Assembly: GCA_017161655.1 (NCBI GenBank)
Contig: JADFCV010000001.1
Location: forward strand, 196,945-260,944
Source of the DNA: Candidatus Sumerlaeota bacterium
GTDB taxonomy: Bacteria; Sumerlaeota; Sumerlaeia; Sumerlaeales; Sumerlaeaceae
DNA: 64,000 bases
Direction: 5' to 3'
Under the pieces are notes generated by a model that had not been told where the DNA came from, ran no database searches, and worked only from the letters and a program-made list of their open reading frames with translations. This document shows positions 47,483 to 56,537 of the stretch, one piece after another. Within the stretch, counting starts at the first letter, position 1; the number at the start of each line of letters is the position of its first letter. The translations under genes and the position numbers were made by a program.

Positions 47483-48469
47483 GTGGGTGAAGTGAAACGC
47501 ATTGCCGTTTTAGGTGCGGGAGGGCTTGGCCGCAATATGGCCAAACTGCTCGATAAGAAAACCGAAATGCGACTTGTCGCCATCTGCGACAAAGGTGGGT
47601 ATGCTTTTGATCCCAATGGGATTCCGTCAGCTAAAATTGATGCGCTTTCAGCAGAAGAATCTGTCGCAACAATCTCTGGAATTGGTGTGAGGTGCGGCGA
47701 CGCGATTGGAGAGTTGCTGAAGCGACGGGATCAGATCGATGGCGTATTCTTGGCGTTGCCCAATTTGCCCAACGAATTCCTTCCATCAGTTGTTGAGCGG
47801 ATGGCCAAGGAAGGTTTTCGGGGCGTCATGGTGGATGCGCTGAAACGCACTCGTGCCGTCGAGCTCATGGTAAAATTAAATGATCTTCTTGCGGCTAACA
47901 AGATCACATATATTACTGGGGCGGGAGCGACGCCTGGCCTTCTCACAGCTGCTGCAGCCCTTGCCGCCCAGTCGTTCGTTGAAATTGAGAGCGTGGAGAT
48001 ATGGTTCGGGGTTGGTATCGCCAATTGGGATGCCTATAAGGCAACCATTCGAGAGGACATAGCACATCTTGAAGGATTCTCGGTCGAGAAAGTTGCGGCA
48101 ATGTCAGACGAGGAGATCGAGAATGAACTGGAGAAACGCAATGGCATTCTCGAACTGGTGAACATGGAACATGCCGATGATGTTATCCTCGAACTCGCGG
48201 GTGTCGTCTCGCGGGATAAAGTCAAAGTGGGTGGCGTAGTTGACACCCGCAGCCCAAAGAAGCCCGTGAGCACTACGATGAAATTGACGGGTATCACTTT
48301 CGAAGGAAAACGAAGTACTCACGTTTTTACCCTTGGTGACGAAACAAGCATGGCGGCAAATGTGAACGGACCAGCGCTGGGCTACATGAAAGCCGGCTTC
48401 TGGTATCACAGCAAAGGGCTGCATGGCGTCTTCACAAGTGCCACAGTCATGCCGCTTTGGCCGCATTAA
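47483..48469 (+). CDS. NAD(P)-binding Rossmann-fold dehydrogenase (DapB/ORD/saccharopine-dehydrogenase-like), specific function unknown
   Basis: N-terminal IAVLGAGGLGRNMAKLL dinucleotide-binding motif; ~328 aa; GTG start preceded by GGAAAGGAG. Confidence 0.5.
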   Translation: MGEVKRIAVLGAGGLGRNMAKLLDKKTEMRLVAICDKGGYAFDPNGIPSAKIDALSAEESVATISGIGVRCGDAIGELLKRRDQIDGVFLALPNLPNEFLPSVVERMAKEGFRGVMVDALKRTRAVELMVKLNDLLAANKITYITGAGATPGLLTAAAALAAQSFVEIESVEIWFGVGIANWDAYKATIREDIAHLEGFSVEKVAAMSDEEIENELEKRNGILELVNMEHADDVILELAGVVSRDKVKVGGVVDTRSPKKPVSTTMKLTGITFEGKRSTHVFTLGDETSMAANVNGPALGYMKAGFWYHSKGLHGVFTSATVMPLWPH

Positions 48470-48486
48470 GGGTACGCCACGACGAT

Positions 48487-49821
48487 TCACTTATCGACTG
48501 AGAATTCGGAAATTTCAATCAGTTGAGTCAGAGCCGCCAACGGTTGGTAACCATCATGAATCCAGCCGAGAGGCGGCTTCTGCATTTTTCCGATAGGGCA
48601 GAGGCGGCTTGCTCCAATCTCGAGGGCAAGCTCAACCCAATCTTGCCGCATGCTGGCTACACCCAACGTGCTGATATGACCTCGATAAGGCAGAAGAATC
48701 TCTCTGAGTTCGCCCATGGTAGAAAATGGCCGAAGCACGCATGTTCGATTAACGGGAGGAAGCACAAACGGTCGAAGTGCGCGAATGGAAACAAGAAATG
48801 GATCATGGGCTTGAGATATAATTGCGGCCAACTTATCAACATCTTGCCGTTTTGTGCGGGACTGCCATGCGGCGGCTTGAATCAATGTTTCTTCCCTTTC
48901 GCGTGCCTGAGCAACTGCCTCCGCAAGCGCTAAAACGTGACGTGGCAGTGTTGTTGCAAGCTCACGCATTTCTTCCGTTATTCTTTTTGCAAGTTCATGC
49001 AAGAGCGATAAATTCTGAGTGCGCACGAAAAGCGTGCGTGGCGACAGGCAGCCCTGTTGATCGTACACGCTAAAATCATGGGCCAGACGCTTAGCCAGGG
49101 TTTTGAGGGGATAGATGTTCAGGTCTTCCTCATCGGCCAGGGCAAAGCTTATCTTGTGTCCATGACTGACGAACGGAATGTGTGGCGGTGTCATCTCCCG
49201 CACGGCACGCACGGATGGGTCATCACCGAAGGCAACAACGGCATCGGCTGCATGTGTAACGGTACGTGTCAGCTCTTCTGCATCGTGGGGCCACCAAAAA
49301 CAGGCCGTTGCTTTCGCAAAATGGGGATCTATTTCAGCCAACGCTTGGCACCAAAGAACGGGATAATATCGATCAATGGACGCCGTGCGGACTAGACTAC
49401 ATGCGCCAGCAAGTGTGGCAACGATGAGGGATTCCCATCCGGATACGAAAAGATTTCCTGCCAGATTGTGAAAGACGACGCGCGGGAGAATCCGGTTCTT
49501 CAGCGGGGGCGTGCCAAGTTGCGACTTCCTTAGCTTTTCGAGGTGTTCAGGGCGAATCGGACCGAGCAGGTTTTGAAGGGCTTCCGCCACCATGGCAGGG
49601 GACATTCCAACGCTCTCACCCAGTGCGAAAGCCTTCTGGCGAAAAGGGCTGGTCTTTGAGAGAAACAAAAGCGCTGCCTGCGCAATGGCTCTAGGCGCTT
49701 TTTCCCATAAATACTGCGCATGGCGTTGATGCCAGTCGCGCAGTCGGTGTACTGCCCGCTCCAGAGTTTGCAGGGTCACTTCTGGGGCAGGTTGTTTATG
49801 TCTCGCTTGTCTGTTCACCAT
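48487..49821 (-). CDS. LuxC-like acyl-CoA reductase family protein
   Basis: ~444 aa aldehyde-dehydrogenase-like protein with candidate active-site Cys in YDQQGCLSP. No adjacent luxAB/luxD. Confidence 0.5.
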   Translation of the reverse strand: MVNRQARHKQPAPEVTLQTLERAVHRLRDWHQRHAQYLWEKAPRAIAQAALLFLSKTSPFRQKAFALGESVGMSPAMVAEALQNLLGPIRPEHLEKLRKSQLGTPPLKNRILPRVVFHNLAGNLFVSGWESLIVATLAGACSLVRTASIDRYYPVLWCQALAEIDPHFAKATACFWWPHDAEELTRTVTHAADAVVAFGDDPSVRAVREMTPPHIPFVSHGHKISFALADEEDLNIYPLKTLAKRLAHDFSVYDQQGCLSPRTLFVRTQNLSLLHELAKRITEEMRELATTLPRHVLALAEAVAQAREREETLIQAAAWQSRTKRQDVDKLAAIISQAHDPFLVSIRALRPFVLPPVNRTCVLRPFSTMGELREILLPYRGHISTLGVASMRQDWVELALEIGASRLCPIGKMQKPPLGWIHDGYQPLAALTQLIEISEFSVDK

Positions 49822-49985
49822 GGCCCAACGCCCTTGTATTTCGCCGAAAGAAACAGAGTGAGAATTATTCGTGAACTTGCTCGAAAACGGAGAAGTCTCT
49901 CACCTACATTTTCAGAATTTCATCGCACTGTTCTCGATAACTACAGTTAGGCGTACTTCATTTCATTTTTCCGTGCGAGACGGCT

Positions 49986-50603
49986 ATGTTCACTGGAATA
50001 ATCGAAGAAATGGGCTCCATCTGCAAGCTCGTGCCACTGCGCGAGTCGGTCGAACTCAGCGTGGCGTGCAAGCAATCACTCGTGGGGATGCAGCTTGGAG
50101 ACTCCATTGCGGTTGACGGCATTTGTCTCACTGTCACGGCCTTCGATGCAAACACGTTCACTGCTCTTGCGTCAGCCGAAACGTTACGACGTACCAGTTT
50201 GGGCGACAAAAAGGTTGGCGATTATGTCAACCTCGAATGTCCTCTGACTTTATCCAAGAAACTTAGCGGACACTTAGTCCAGGGTCACGTGGATGGCACA
50301 GCTGTTGTCGATTCAGTGGTCCCCGAGGGTGAGTCTCAAATGTGGAAGTTTCGGCTGTCTCCGGATCTTGCAAAATATCTTGTACCAAAAGGTTCGGTTG
50401 CGGTGGACGGGATAAGCCTCACGGTGGTGGAGGCTGCTCGGGATTACTTTACGGTTGCCATCATTCCGAAAACCTTAGCTGTAACAACCCTGCAGTTTCG
50501 AAGACCTGGCGACAAAGTGAATGTGGAGGTCGATCTCATCGGGAAGTACGTTTACCGCTATCTCCACCCGGATGAAGCAGAATCGAGTACAAAAGAACTG
50601 TGA
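49986..50603 (+). CDS. ribE: Riboflavin synthase (alpha subunit)
   Basis: MFTGIIEEMG N-terminus and internal duplication (two lumazine-binding halves), ~205 aa. Confidence 0.85.
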   Translation: MFTGIIEEMGSICKLVPLRESVELSVACKQSLVGMQLGDSIAVDGICLTVTAFDANTFTALASAETLRRTSLGDKKVGDYVNLECPLTLSKKLSGHLVQGHVDGTAVVDSVVPEGESQMWKFRLSPDLAKYLVPKGSVAVDGISLTVVEAARDYFTVAIIPKTLAVTTLQFRRPGDKVNVEVDLIGKYVYRYLHPDEAESSTKEL

Positions 50604-51898
50604 GACACAGGTTAGACAGACAATCCATGGGCGTGCAAAATCAAAAAGTGGAAGCTGAAGCAGCGCAGACCGCCGTCACGACGGCAGAGATGGATCGTGC
50701 GGTTTTTGCCACCATCGAAGAGGCAATTGAGCTCTATCGCCAGGGCGAAATTCTCATACTCGTCGACGATGAGGACCGAGAAAACGAAGGGGATTTAGTC
50801 TTTGCCGCCCAGTACGTCACGCCGGAAAAAATCAACTTTCTGGCAAAATATGGCCGAGGATTAATCTGTCTAGCCACGACGCGTGAGCGACTCGAAGAAC
50901 TTGGCTTACACCCATTGGTGTCGCAAAATACTTCAAGGTTTGGGACGAACTTTTATGAGCCAGTTGATGCCGTGAAAGGCACAACAACCGGCATATCGGC
51001 CGCAGACCGCGCTGCTACGATCCGTGTGTTTTTAGATCCGAATGCACGCGCCGAAGATTTGGCAAAACCGGGCCACATGCAGACCTTGGGTGCGCGCGAT
51101 GGCGGTGTACTTGAACGTGCTGGCCAAACGGAGGGCGTCGTGGATCTTGCGAAGCTGGCCGGGTTGTTCCCCGCCGGTGTGCTATGTGAGATCATGAACG
51201 ATGATGGAACCATGGCACGTCTCCCTCAGCTCGAGGTGTTTGCTCGCCAGCATGGGTTGAAAATCGTCACAATCCGCGACATCATCGAGTATCGCCTCCG
51301 CACTGAGATACTGGTGAAGCGAATCGTCACGGTACCCATGAGAAACTGGTATGGTGAGTGGCAACTTTCCTATTACGAAGCGTGGAACGGCGAAGGGCAT
51401 TTAGCGCTTGTGATGGGTGACCTTGAAACGAAACGCGATGAGGGAGTCTTGGTTCGTGTCCATTCGCAGTGCTTCACAGGCGATACGCTTGGATCTATGC
51501 GATGCGATTGCGGACCACAGCTCCATGCTGCCATGAAGCAAATTGCCGAAGAGGGAGTCGGTGTGATTCTCTACCTTCATCAGGAAGGCCGGGGGATCGG
51601 CCTCAAAAACAAGCTCCTGGCTTACAGAATGCAGGATGAGGGGCTCGACACTGTCGAAGCAAACGAGGCGCTCGGATTCAAAGCAGACTTGCGCGAGTAT
51701 GGCATTGGAGCTCAGATTCTCAAAGATCTGGGGCTTACGCGGATTCGTCTGATGACAAACAATCCGAAGAAAATTGTTGGCTTGAGTGCCTATAAACTCG
51801 AAGTGGTCGACCGCGTTCCTCTAGTTGCTGGCCGCCATCAGTTTAATGAAGCGTACTTGCTTACCAAACGAGATAAGCTAGGCCATCTCATAGATTAG
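50600..51898 (+). CDS. ribBA: Bifunctional 3,4-dihydroxy-2-butanone-4-phosphate synthase / GTP cyclohydrolase II
   Basis: DHBP synthase block (ENEGDLVFAAQ...GLICLA) then GTP cyclohydrolase II block (RVHSQCFTGDTLGSMRCDCG...EGRGIGL). GTG overlaps the ribE stop (GTGA); ATG 50627 is an alternative. Confidence 0.9.
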   Translation: MRHRLDRQSMGVQNQKVEAEAAQTAVTTAEMDRAVFATIEEAIELYRQGEILILVDDEDRENEGDLVFAAQYVTPEKINFLAKYGRGLICLATTRERLEELGLHPLVSQNTSRFGTNFYEPVDAVKGTTTGISAADRAATIRVFLDPNARAEDLAKPGHMQTLGARDGGVLERAGQTEGVVDLAKLAGLFPAGVLCEIMNDDGTMARLPQLEVFARQHGLKIVTIRDIIEYRLRTEILVKRIVTVPMRNWYGEWQLSYYEAWNGEGHLALVMGDLETKRDEGVLVRVHSQCFTGDTLGSMRCDCGPQLHAAMKQIAEEGVGVILYLHQEGRGIGLKNKLLAYRMQDEGLDTVEANEALGFKADLREYGIGAQILKDLGLTRIRLMTNNPKKIVGLSAYKLEVVDRVPLVAGRHQFNEAYLLTKRDKLGHLID

Positions 51899-51928
51899 TT
51901 GCTTCCGCTGCAAAGAAAGCTGATTCCC

Positions 51929-52711
51929 CTAGATGCGGTTAGGAGGGGGAACTTTATTGCCCAGAGTCACTCGTTTATACACCAGCGCGTAGACGTGGGT
52001 CACAATTCCAAAAATGACATAAGCAGTGAAACTGCTGAAGACAAGGGCGGGAATGTAATTTTTTAACAAGTAGATGATTGCAAATACTACAACAATCAGG
52101 GGAAGGATATCGAACTGCCGACCGTGCTCCAGACGCAATTGCTTTAGACTTGGATAGTTGACGGTGCTCACCATGAGATAAGAAGTCACCACCATCAGCA
52201 GTGGCAAAATGTTGAGAACGAATTCAGTATTCCAGTCCGGATCGAGCCATTGAAAGAACAGGAAACTCGAAACAATGACGCCAGCAGCTGCGGGGATGGG
52301 GAGACCGGTAAAACTGAGTTTTTCTATCCGCGATTTCTGCACGTTGTAGCGGGCCAACCGGAGTGCCCCACAAACGACAAATAGTGCTGCCAACACTTCC
52401 GCGGCATGGCGATTTTCCATTTCAAGAAGTCTGGTATAGATCAGCACCGCGGGGGCCACACCAAAAGCCACTAAATCAGAAAGAGAGTCGAACTGAACAC
52501 CAAACGCACTTTCCGTGCGCGTCATCCGAGCAACCCATCCGTCGAAAAAATCAAGCACCGCTGACGCTAAAATCAGCCAGCACGAGGTTTCGTAGCGGTA
52601 CGTTTCCAGATCAGCCGATTCTGCGACATTGAACACGTTTAAGATCGCGAAGACGCCACAAAAGAGGCTAGCTCCTGTGAACAAATTGGGGAGAAGATAA
52701 ACTTTTCTCAT
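51929..52711 (-). CDS. pssA: CDP-diacylglycerol--serine O-phosphatidyltransferase (CDP-alcohol phosphatidyltransferase family)
   Basis: DFFDGWVAR...G...DSLSDLVAFGVAP matches the CDP-OH_P_transf motif D-G-x2-A-R-x8-G-x3-D-x3-D; multi-TM. Confidence 0.8.
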   Translation of the reverse strand: MRKVYLLPNLFTGASLFCGVFAILNVFNVAESADLETYRYETSCWLILASAVLDFFDGWVARMTRTESAFGVQFDSLSDLVAFGVAPAVLIYTRLLEMENRHAAEVLAALFVVCGALRLARYNVQKSRIEKLSFTGLPIPAAAGVIVSSFLFFQWLDPDWNTEFVLNILPLLMVVTSYLMVSTVNYPSLKQLRLEHGRQFDILPLIVVVFAIIYLLKNYIPALVFSSFTAYVIFGIVTHVYALVYKRVTLGNKVPPPNRI

Positions 52712-53418
52712 TACTCATGCCTCTGGGTGTCGATGATTTTTCTCTCTGATGATCGTGTCAAAAGGATCGTTGTTCTGCCGTGCACGCGGTCGCCCTTTTG
52801 GACGCATGGCTGGTAAATACTGGGCGCAAGAATCTCGACTCTGCTGCCAAAGCGAATAAGCCCGATTGTTTCGCCTCGCGTCACCTGATCTCCTCTTTCG
52901 AGCGGTGAGACGATCCGCCGGGCCACGAGGCCAGCTACAAGCTTGACCACTACGAGTTCTCCCTCCGAGGTGCGCAGGAACAAAATTTTTCTCTCATTCT
53001 CATCGCTGGATTTTTCCTCCATCGCGTTCAGGAATTTTCCCGGGTAGTACTCGGTTCTTTCGACGATAGCATCGCAGGGGGACCAGTTGATATGCACATC
53101 AAAAAGGGACATGAAGATAGCCACCCGTACGGCTTGACCATCAGGAAATGCCGGATGCGGCACCTGCCCCACAGCTACCACCGTGCCATCAGCAGGGCAT
53201 AGCAGCACGTTCTTTTCCAAGGGAATGGGACGCCTCGGATGGCGGAAAAACCATAGCACGTAAACTGCCGTTATCAGGCAAACGGTTCCTAATCCAAACC
53301 ACACCGGGCGAAAAGGGAAGAAAACTGCTGCCAGCCAGCAGAAGATAGCTAACCCCACTGACAGCAGCAAAAATGGGAAGGCTTCTCGTGCTATAGGGTG
53401 CGTGGTAGAGAACTTCAT
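52711..53418 (-). CDS. psd: Phosphatidylserine decarboxylase (short, PSD-related proenzyme)
   Basis: N-terminal TMs; C-terminal motif GETIGLIRFGSRVEIL (G-S at the cleavage/pyruvoyl site). TAATG overlap with pssA. Confidence 0.7.
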   Translation of the reverse strand: MKFSTTHPIAREAFPFLLLSVGLAIFCWLAAVFFPFRPVWFGLGTVCLITAVYVLWFFRHPRRPIPLEKNVLLCPADGTVVAVGQVPHPAFPDGQAVRVAIFMSLFDVHINWSPCDAIVERTEYYPGKFLNAMEEKSSDENERKILFLRTSEGELVVVKLVAGLVARRIVSPLERGDQVTRGETIGLIRFGSRVEILAPSIYQPCVQKGDRVHGRTTILLTRSSERKIIDTQRHE

Positions 53419-53421
53419 AGA

Positions 53422-55233
53422 TCAGCGTTTCCCTTGTTTCTTGCGACTCTGGCGGGTTGGAGGTTGGCCTTTGCCAGATTTTTCGTCGCCTGAACTCTGC
53501 ACTGACTCTGTCGTAACCTGTTCTTCTTCACGTTGGGCAACATTCGAGGAGGGCGGACCAGTCTGTTGTGCCAAATATGCCCCGGACTCGCTGGCTTCCG
53601 CCAATTTCTCTGGCTGCTGATCCGGCCGGACAAGGCTCCCCTCTACAGAGGGTTTCGGACTGCTAGCCCCCCGCCTGTACAGTCGGATGTTTGCAAGGTG
53701 CTCTTCATAAGTTTCGGCGAAGGCATGAGAACCATCGCCCTTATAGACATAAAAAAGATAATTCGTTTTGGCTGGCTGGAATGTTGCTACTAAGGAACTG
53801 ATGTGGGGATTGCAGATTGGACCCGGCGGCAGTCCCTTGTGAAGGTATGTGTTGTAGGGGCTACTTGTCTGGAGATCGCTGTGAGTGAGGCGCTTTCCCC
53901 AATCGCCAAGGGCATAGTTTATTGCGGCATCAATTTCTAATTTCATGCCTTTTTTGAGACGATTGAAAATCACCGAAGCTATCAACGGCCGTTCTGTGTC
54001 TAAACGAGCTTCTCGTTCAATGAGCGAAGCCATAATCACATGTTCGTGAAAGCTCAAGGTGTCGCTCGTTTCTGTTCGCTCCACATGAGAGAGAGCAGTC
54101 TCAGCTCGTTTGATGAAGTTTTCCACCATCATGCGGATGATTTCCTCTTCCTTCATCCCTGGAGCAAAAAAGTAGGTGTCTGGATAGAGATAGCCCTCCA
54201 GCGATGGGACAGAAAGACCAAGCTTTTCAATGAATTGTGGATCGTGGACGAGTGCCAAGAATCTGTTCTCGTCAAAGGAATCGAGTTTTCGTTTGATCAG
54301 AGCGGCGGTCTCTTTGGCTGTCTTGCCCTCGGGGATTGTGACCTTAAAATCTTGCGAGCCTTCAATAAGCTTGTCGTAAATCTGACTCAGGCTCATACTG
54401 GAGTTTAATCGGTAAACGCCACTTTTGATCTTATTGGAATTGTTGTTTATCCACGCGAGATACTTGAGAAGAAATCCGTCATCCACCCCCAGATAAGAGC
54501 TCAAAAGCCCCTCGGCACGCAGCTTCTCTATGATATGTGATAGCCTCTCACCCGGAGCAACAGTGAGGACTACCGTGCGATTTGTGTCGAACTGGATGTT
54601 GAAGAGTCTGTCTGATGCGTACCGGTAATAGAGGCCAGCAAAGATGATTGTCCCAAATAAGGCTATGATAACAAACCACCAAAGCGTGTTGAGAAGCTGT
54701 GCGAAAAATGAGCGCCGGCGGCGTTGCGGCCCCCCAGGGACTTCCTGGGTTTCTTCGCACGGAGGCAAAACGTGCGGCGCTGGTTTTGGAAAAGTCGGAC
54801 GTGGGTTATCTTTTTCGTCTGTGTTATCTTCCTCGTAGTCCGCTTGCTCCGCGTCCGGTCCAGGAATAATTCCCTTCGAGCGAGCTGCGTCCTGGGGCAC
54901 TGACAAGACTGACTTCTCTTCTGCAGCTTTTTCTGCGGGGTCGGCCGGGGAATGCGACACGCTCGCACACTGATCGTTGAGCGGTCTTTCAGTAGTTTCG
55001 CCCGATGGTGCGCTCTCTTCGATGTTATCGAGGGGCGCGGTTTTAGCTGTTGCCTGGATGACCACGTCTGGCAAAGCTTGCGGATCTTCATCCGCCCAAA
55101 AGGCCACGGCCTCTTCAGAGGCGTCCCCACAGAGATCAGCTGCATTTTTCTGCTCAGACTTCTCTTCCCTGCCCGAACTCTGAGCACGATTCTCCGGTGA
55201 GCCGCCGTTTATGTCTTTCTCGTCCAAAGGCAC
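53422..55233 (-). CDS. mltG: Endolytic murein transglycosylase MltG (YceG-like) with long acidic N-terminal and K/Q/S-rich C-terminal extensions
   Basis: TM (WWFVIIALFGTIIFAGLYY) and YceG core (...YLFYVYKGDGSHAFAETYEEHLANI). GTG 55233 is preceded by GAGGAG 4 nt upstream; the track TTG at 55260 is less likely. 4 nt overlap with psd. Confidence 0.8.
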   Translation of the reverse strand: MPLDEKDINGGSPENRAQSSGREEKSEQKNAADLCGDASEEAVAFWADEDPQALPDVVIQATAKTAPLDNIEESAPSGETTERPLNDQCASVSHSPADPAEKAAEEKSVLSVPQDAARSKGIIPGPDAEQADYEEDNTDEKDNPRPTFPKPAPHVLPPCEETQEVPGGPQRRRRSFFAQLLNTLWWFVIIALFGTIIFAGLYYRYASDRLFNIQFDTNRTVVLTVAPGERLSHIIEKLRAEGLLSSYLGVDDGFLLKYLAWINNNSNKIKSGVYRLNSSMSLSQIYDKLIEGSQDFKVTIPEGKTAKETAALIKRKLDSFDENRFLALVHDPQFIEKLGLSVPSLEGYLYPDTYFFAPGMKEEEIIRMMVENFIKRAETALSHVERTETSDTLSFHEHVIMASLIEREARLDTERPLIASVIFNRLKKGMKLEIDAAINYALGDWGKRLTHSDLQTSSPYNTYLHKGLPPGPICNPHISSLVATFQPAKTNYLFYVYKGDGSHAFAETYEEHLANIRLYRRGASSPKPSVEGSLVRPDQQPEKLAEASESGAYLAQQTGPPSSNVAQREEEQVTTESVQSSGDEKSGKGQPPTRQSRKKQGKR

Positions 55234-55367
55234 TTTTCTCCTCAAGTTGTGAGGTCTCAAGCTGTCTCACTTTAGCATTTCCCATGTTGGGGCCGCGCTG
55301 TTTCCATTGACGCAGGCAGAGCAATCGTTTAGCAATAGCTTTTCACAACTGTGAAGGAATTTGAACC

Positions 55368-56537
55368 ATGCTCAAGCGCGTTGAACTCGAACAACTCGAA
55401 TATGACATTCTTGCTCCGTATGCGACAAAAAGTGCTGAGTCACTAGGCCGTGACTATCCCCTCACGCCTGATGAATTCAGGACCGAATTCCAGCGCGACC
55501 GCGACCGCATTATCCACTCCACAGCCTTCCGAAAGCTGGAATACAAAACCCAGGTTTACATGGTTCATTACGGGGATTATTTTCGCACCCGTCTCACCCA
55601 CACCATGGAAGTCGCCCAGATTGCACGAACATTAGCGCGGAACTTGCGCCTGAACGCAGACCTGACGGAAGCCATCGCGCTAGCTCACGATCTCGGACAC
55701 ACTCCCTTCGGTCACAGCGGGGAAATTGCGCTAAAGCGTTTGCTGCGCGATGAGGGGGGATTCGAACACAATGAGCAAGGCCTGCGGGTCGTGGAATACC
55801 TGGAGGAACGCTATCCGGATGTGCCGGGGCTGAATCTTACCTGGGAGGTGCGTGAGGGCATCATCAAGCACGATACGGAATACGATTCTCCCAACGTTCC
55901 CGAACGTTTTAAACCTGAGTGGGCGCCGACGCTTGAGGCTCAGGTGTGCGACGTAGCTGACGAAATCGCCTACAATAACCACGATATTGATGACGCCCTC
56001 AAGATGGGTCTTATCACTATGCGGGATTTACAAGAGGTAGAGTGGGTTTGGGAGATTTTCGAAAAGGCCAGAAAAGAAATCGGCGACCAGAAACCAGAAA
56101 AGTTCATCAAGTACAGAGCTATCGGAACTCTCATCGACATGCAGGTTTCCGATGCCCTGCGCACAACGATGGAAAACATCGAGCGCCAAAAGATTAGCAC
56201 TCTTGCTGACGTTCGGCAGTGCAGACACAAAATCGTGACCATGAGCCCAGAGATGCTTCAAAAAAACCGAATCCTAAAAGATTTTCTCATGCGGCGTGTA
56301 TACCGCCATCCTTATGTAGTTCGCATGGCCACGAAAGCCGAGCGCTTTATCGAAAAGATGTTCCTTCTCTATCGCGACACACCTGAGCAACTCCCCCTGA
56401 AATATCAGGCCAGAATCGAACGTGATGGCCTCATCCGCGTGATTGTGGATTACATTAGCGGTATGACTGACCGATACTTGCTCGATGAATATATCAAGGC
56501 TTTTGAGCCGGAAGAGAAGTTCCTCGGTCGACTATGA
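55368..56537 (+). CDS. dgt: dGTP triphosphohydrolase-like HD-domain protein
   Basis: FQRDRDRIIHSTAFRKLEYKTQV...RTRLTHTMEVAQIAR...HDLGHTPFGH is canonical. Confidence 0.9.
   Translation: MLKRVELEQLEYDILAPYATKSAESLGRDYPLTPDEFRTEFQRDRDRIIHSTAFRKLEYKTQVYMVHYGDYFRTRLTHTMEVAQIARTLARNLRLNADLTEAIALAHDLGHTPFGHSGEIALKRLLRDEGGFEHNEQGLRVVEYLEERYPDVPGLNLTWEVREGIIKHDTEYDSPNVPERFKPEWAPTLEAQVCDVADEIAYNNHDIDDALKMGLITMRDLQEVEWVWEIFEKARKEIGDQKPEKFIKYRAIGTLIDMQVSDALRTTMENIERQKISTLADVRQCRHKIVTMSPEMLQKNRILKDFLMRRVYRHPYVVRMATKAERFIEKMFLLYRDTPEQLPLKYQARIERDGLIRVIVDYISGMTDRYLLDEYIKAFEPEEKFLGRL

Noticed and set aside
49822-49985. Possible FMN riboswitch upstream of ribE
   Set aside because: The 164 bp intergenic region is AT-rich and lacks the conserved RFN element cores (GGGGCAGGGTGAAATTCCC, CCGACAGT, AAGTCTGGATG), so no riboswitch is evident.
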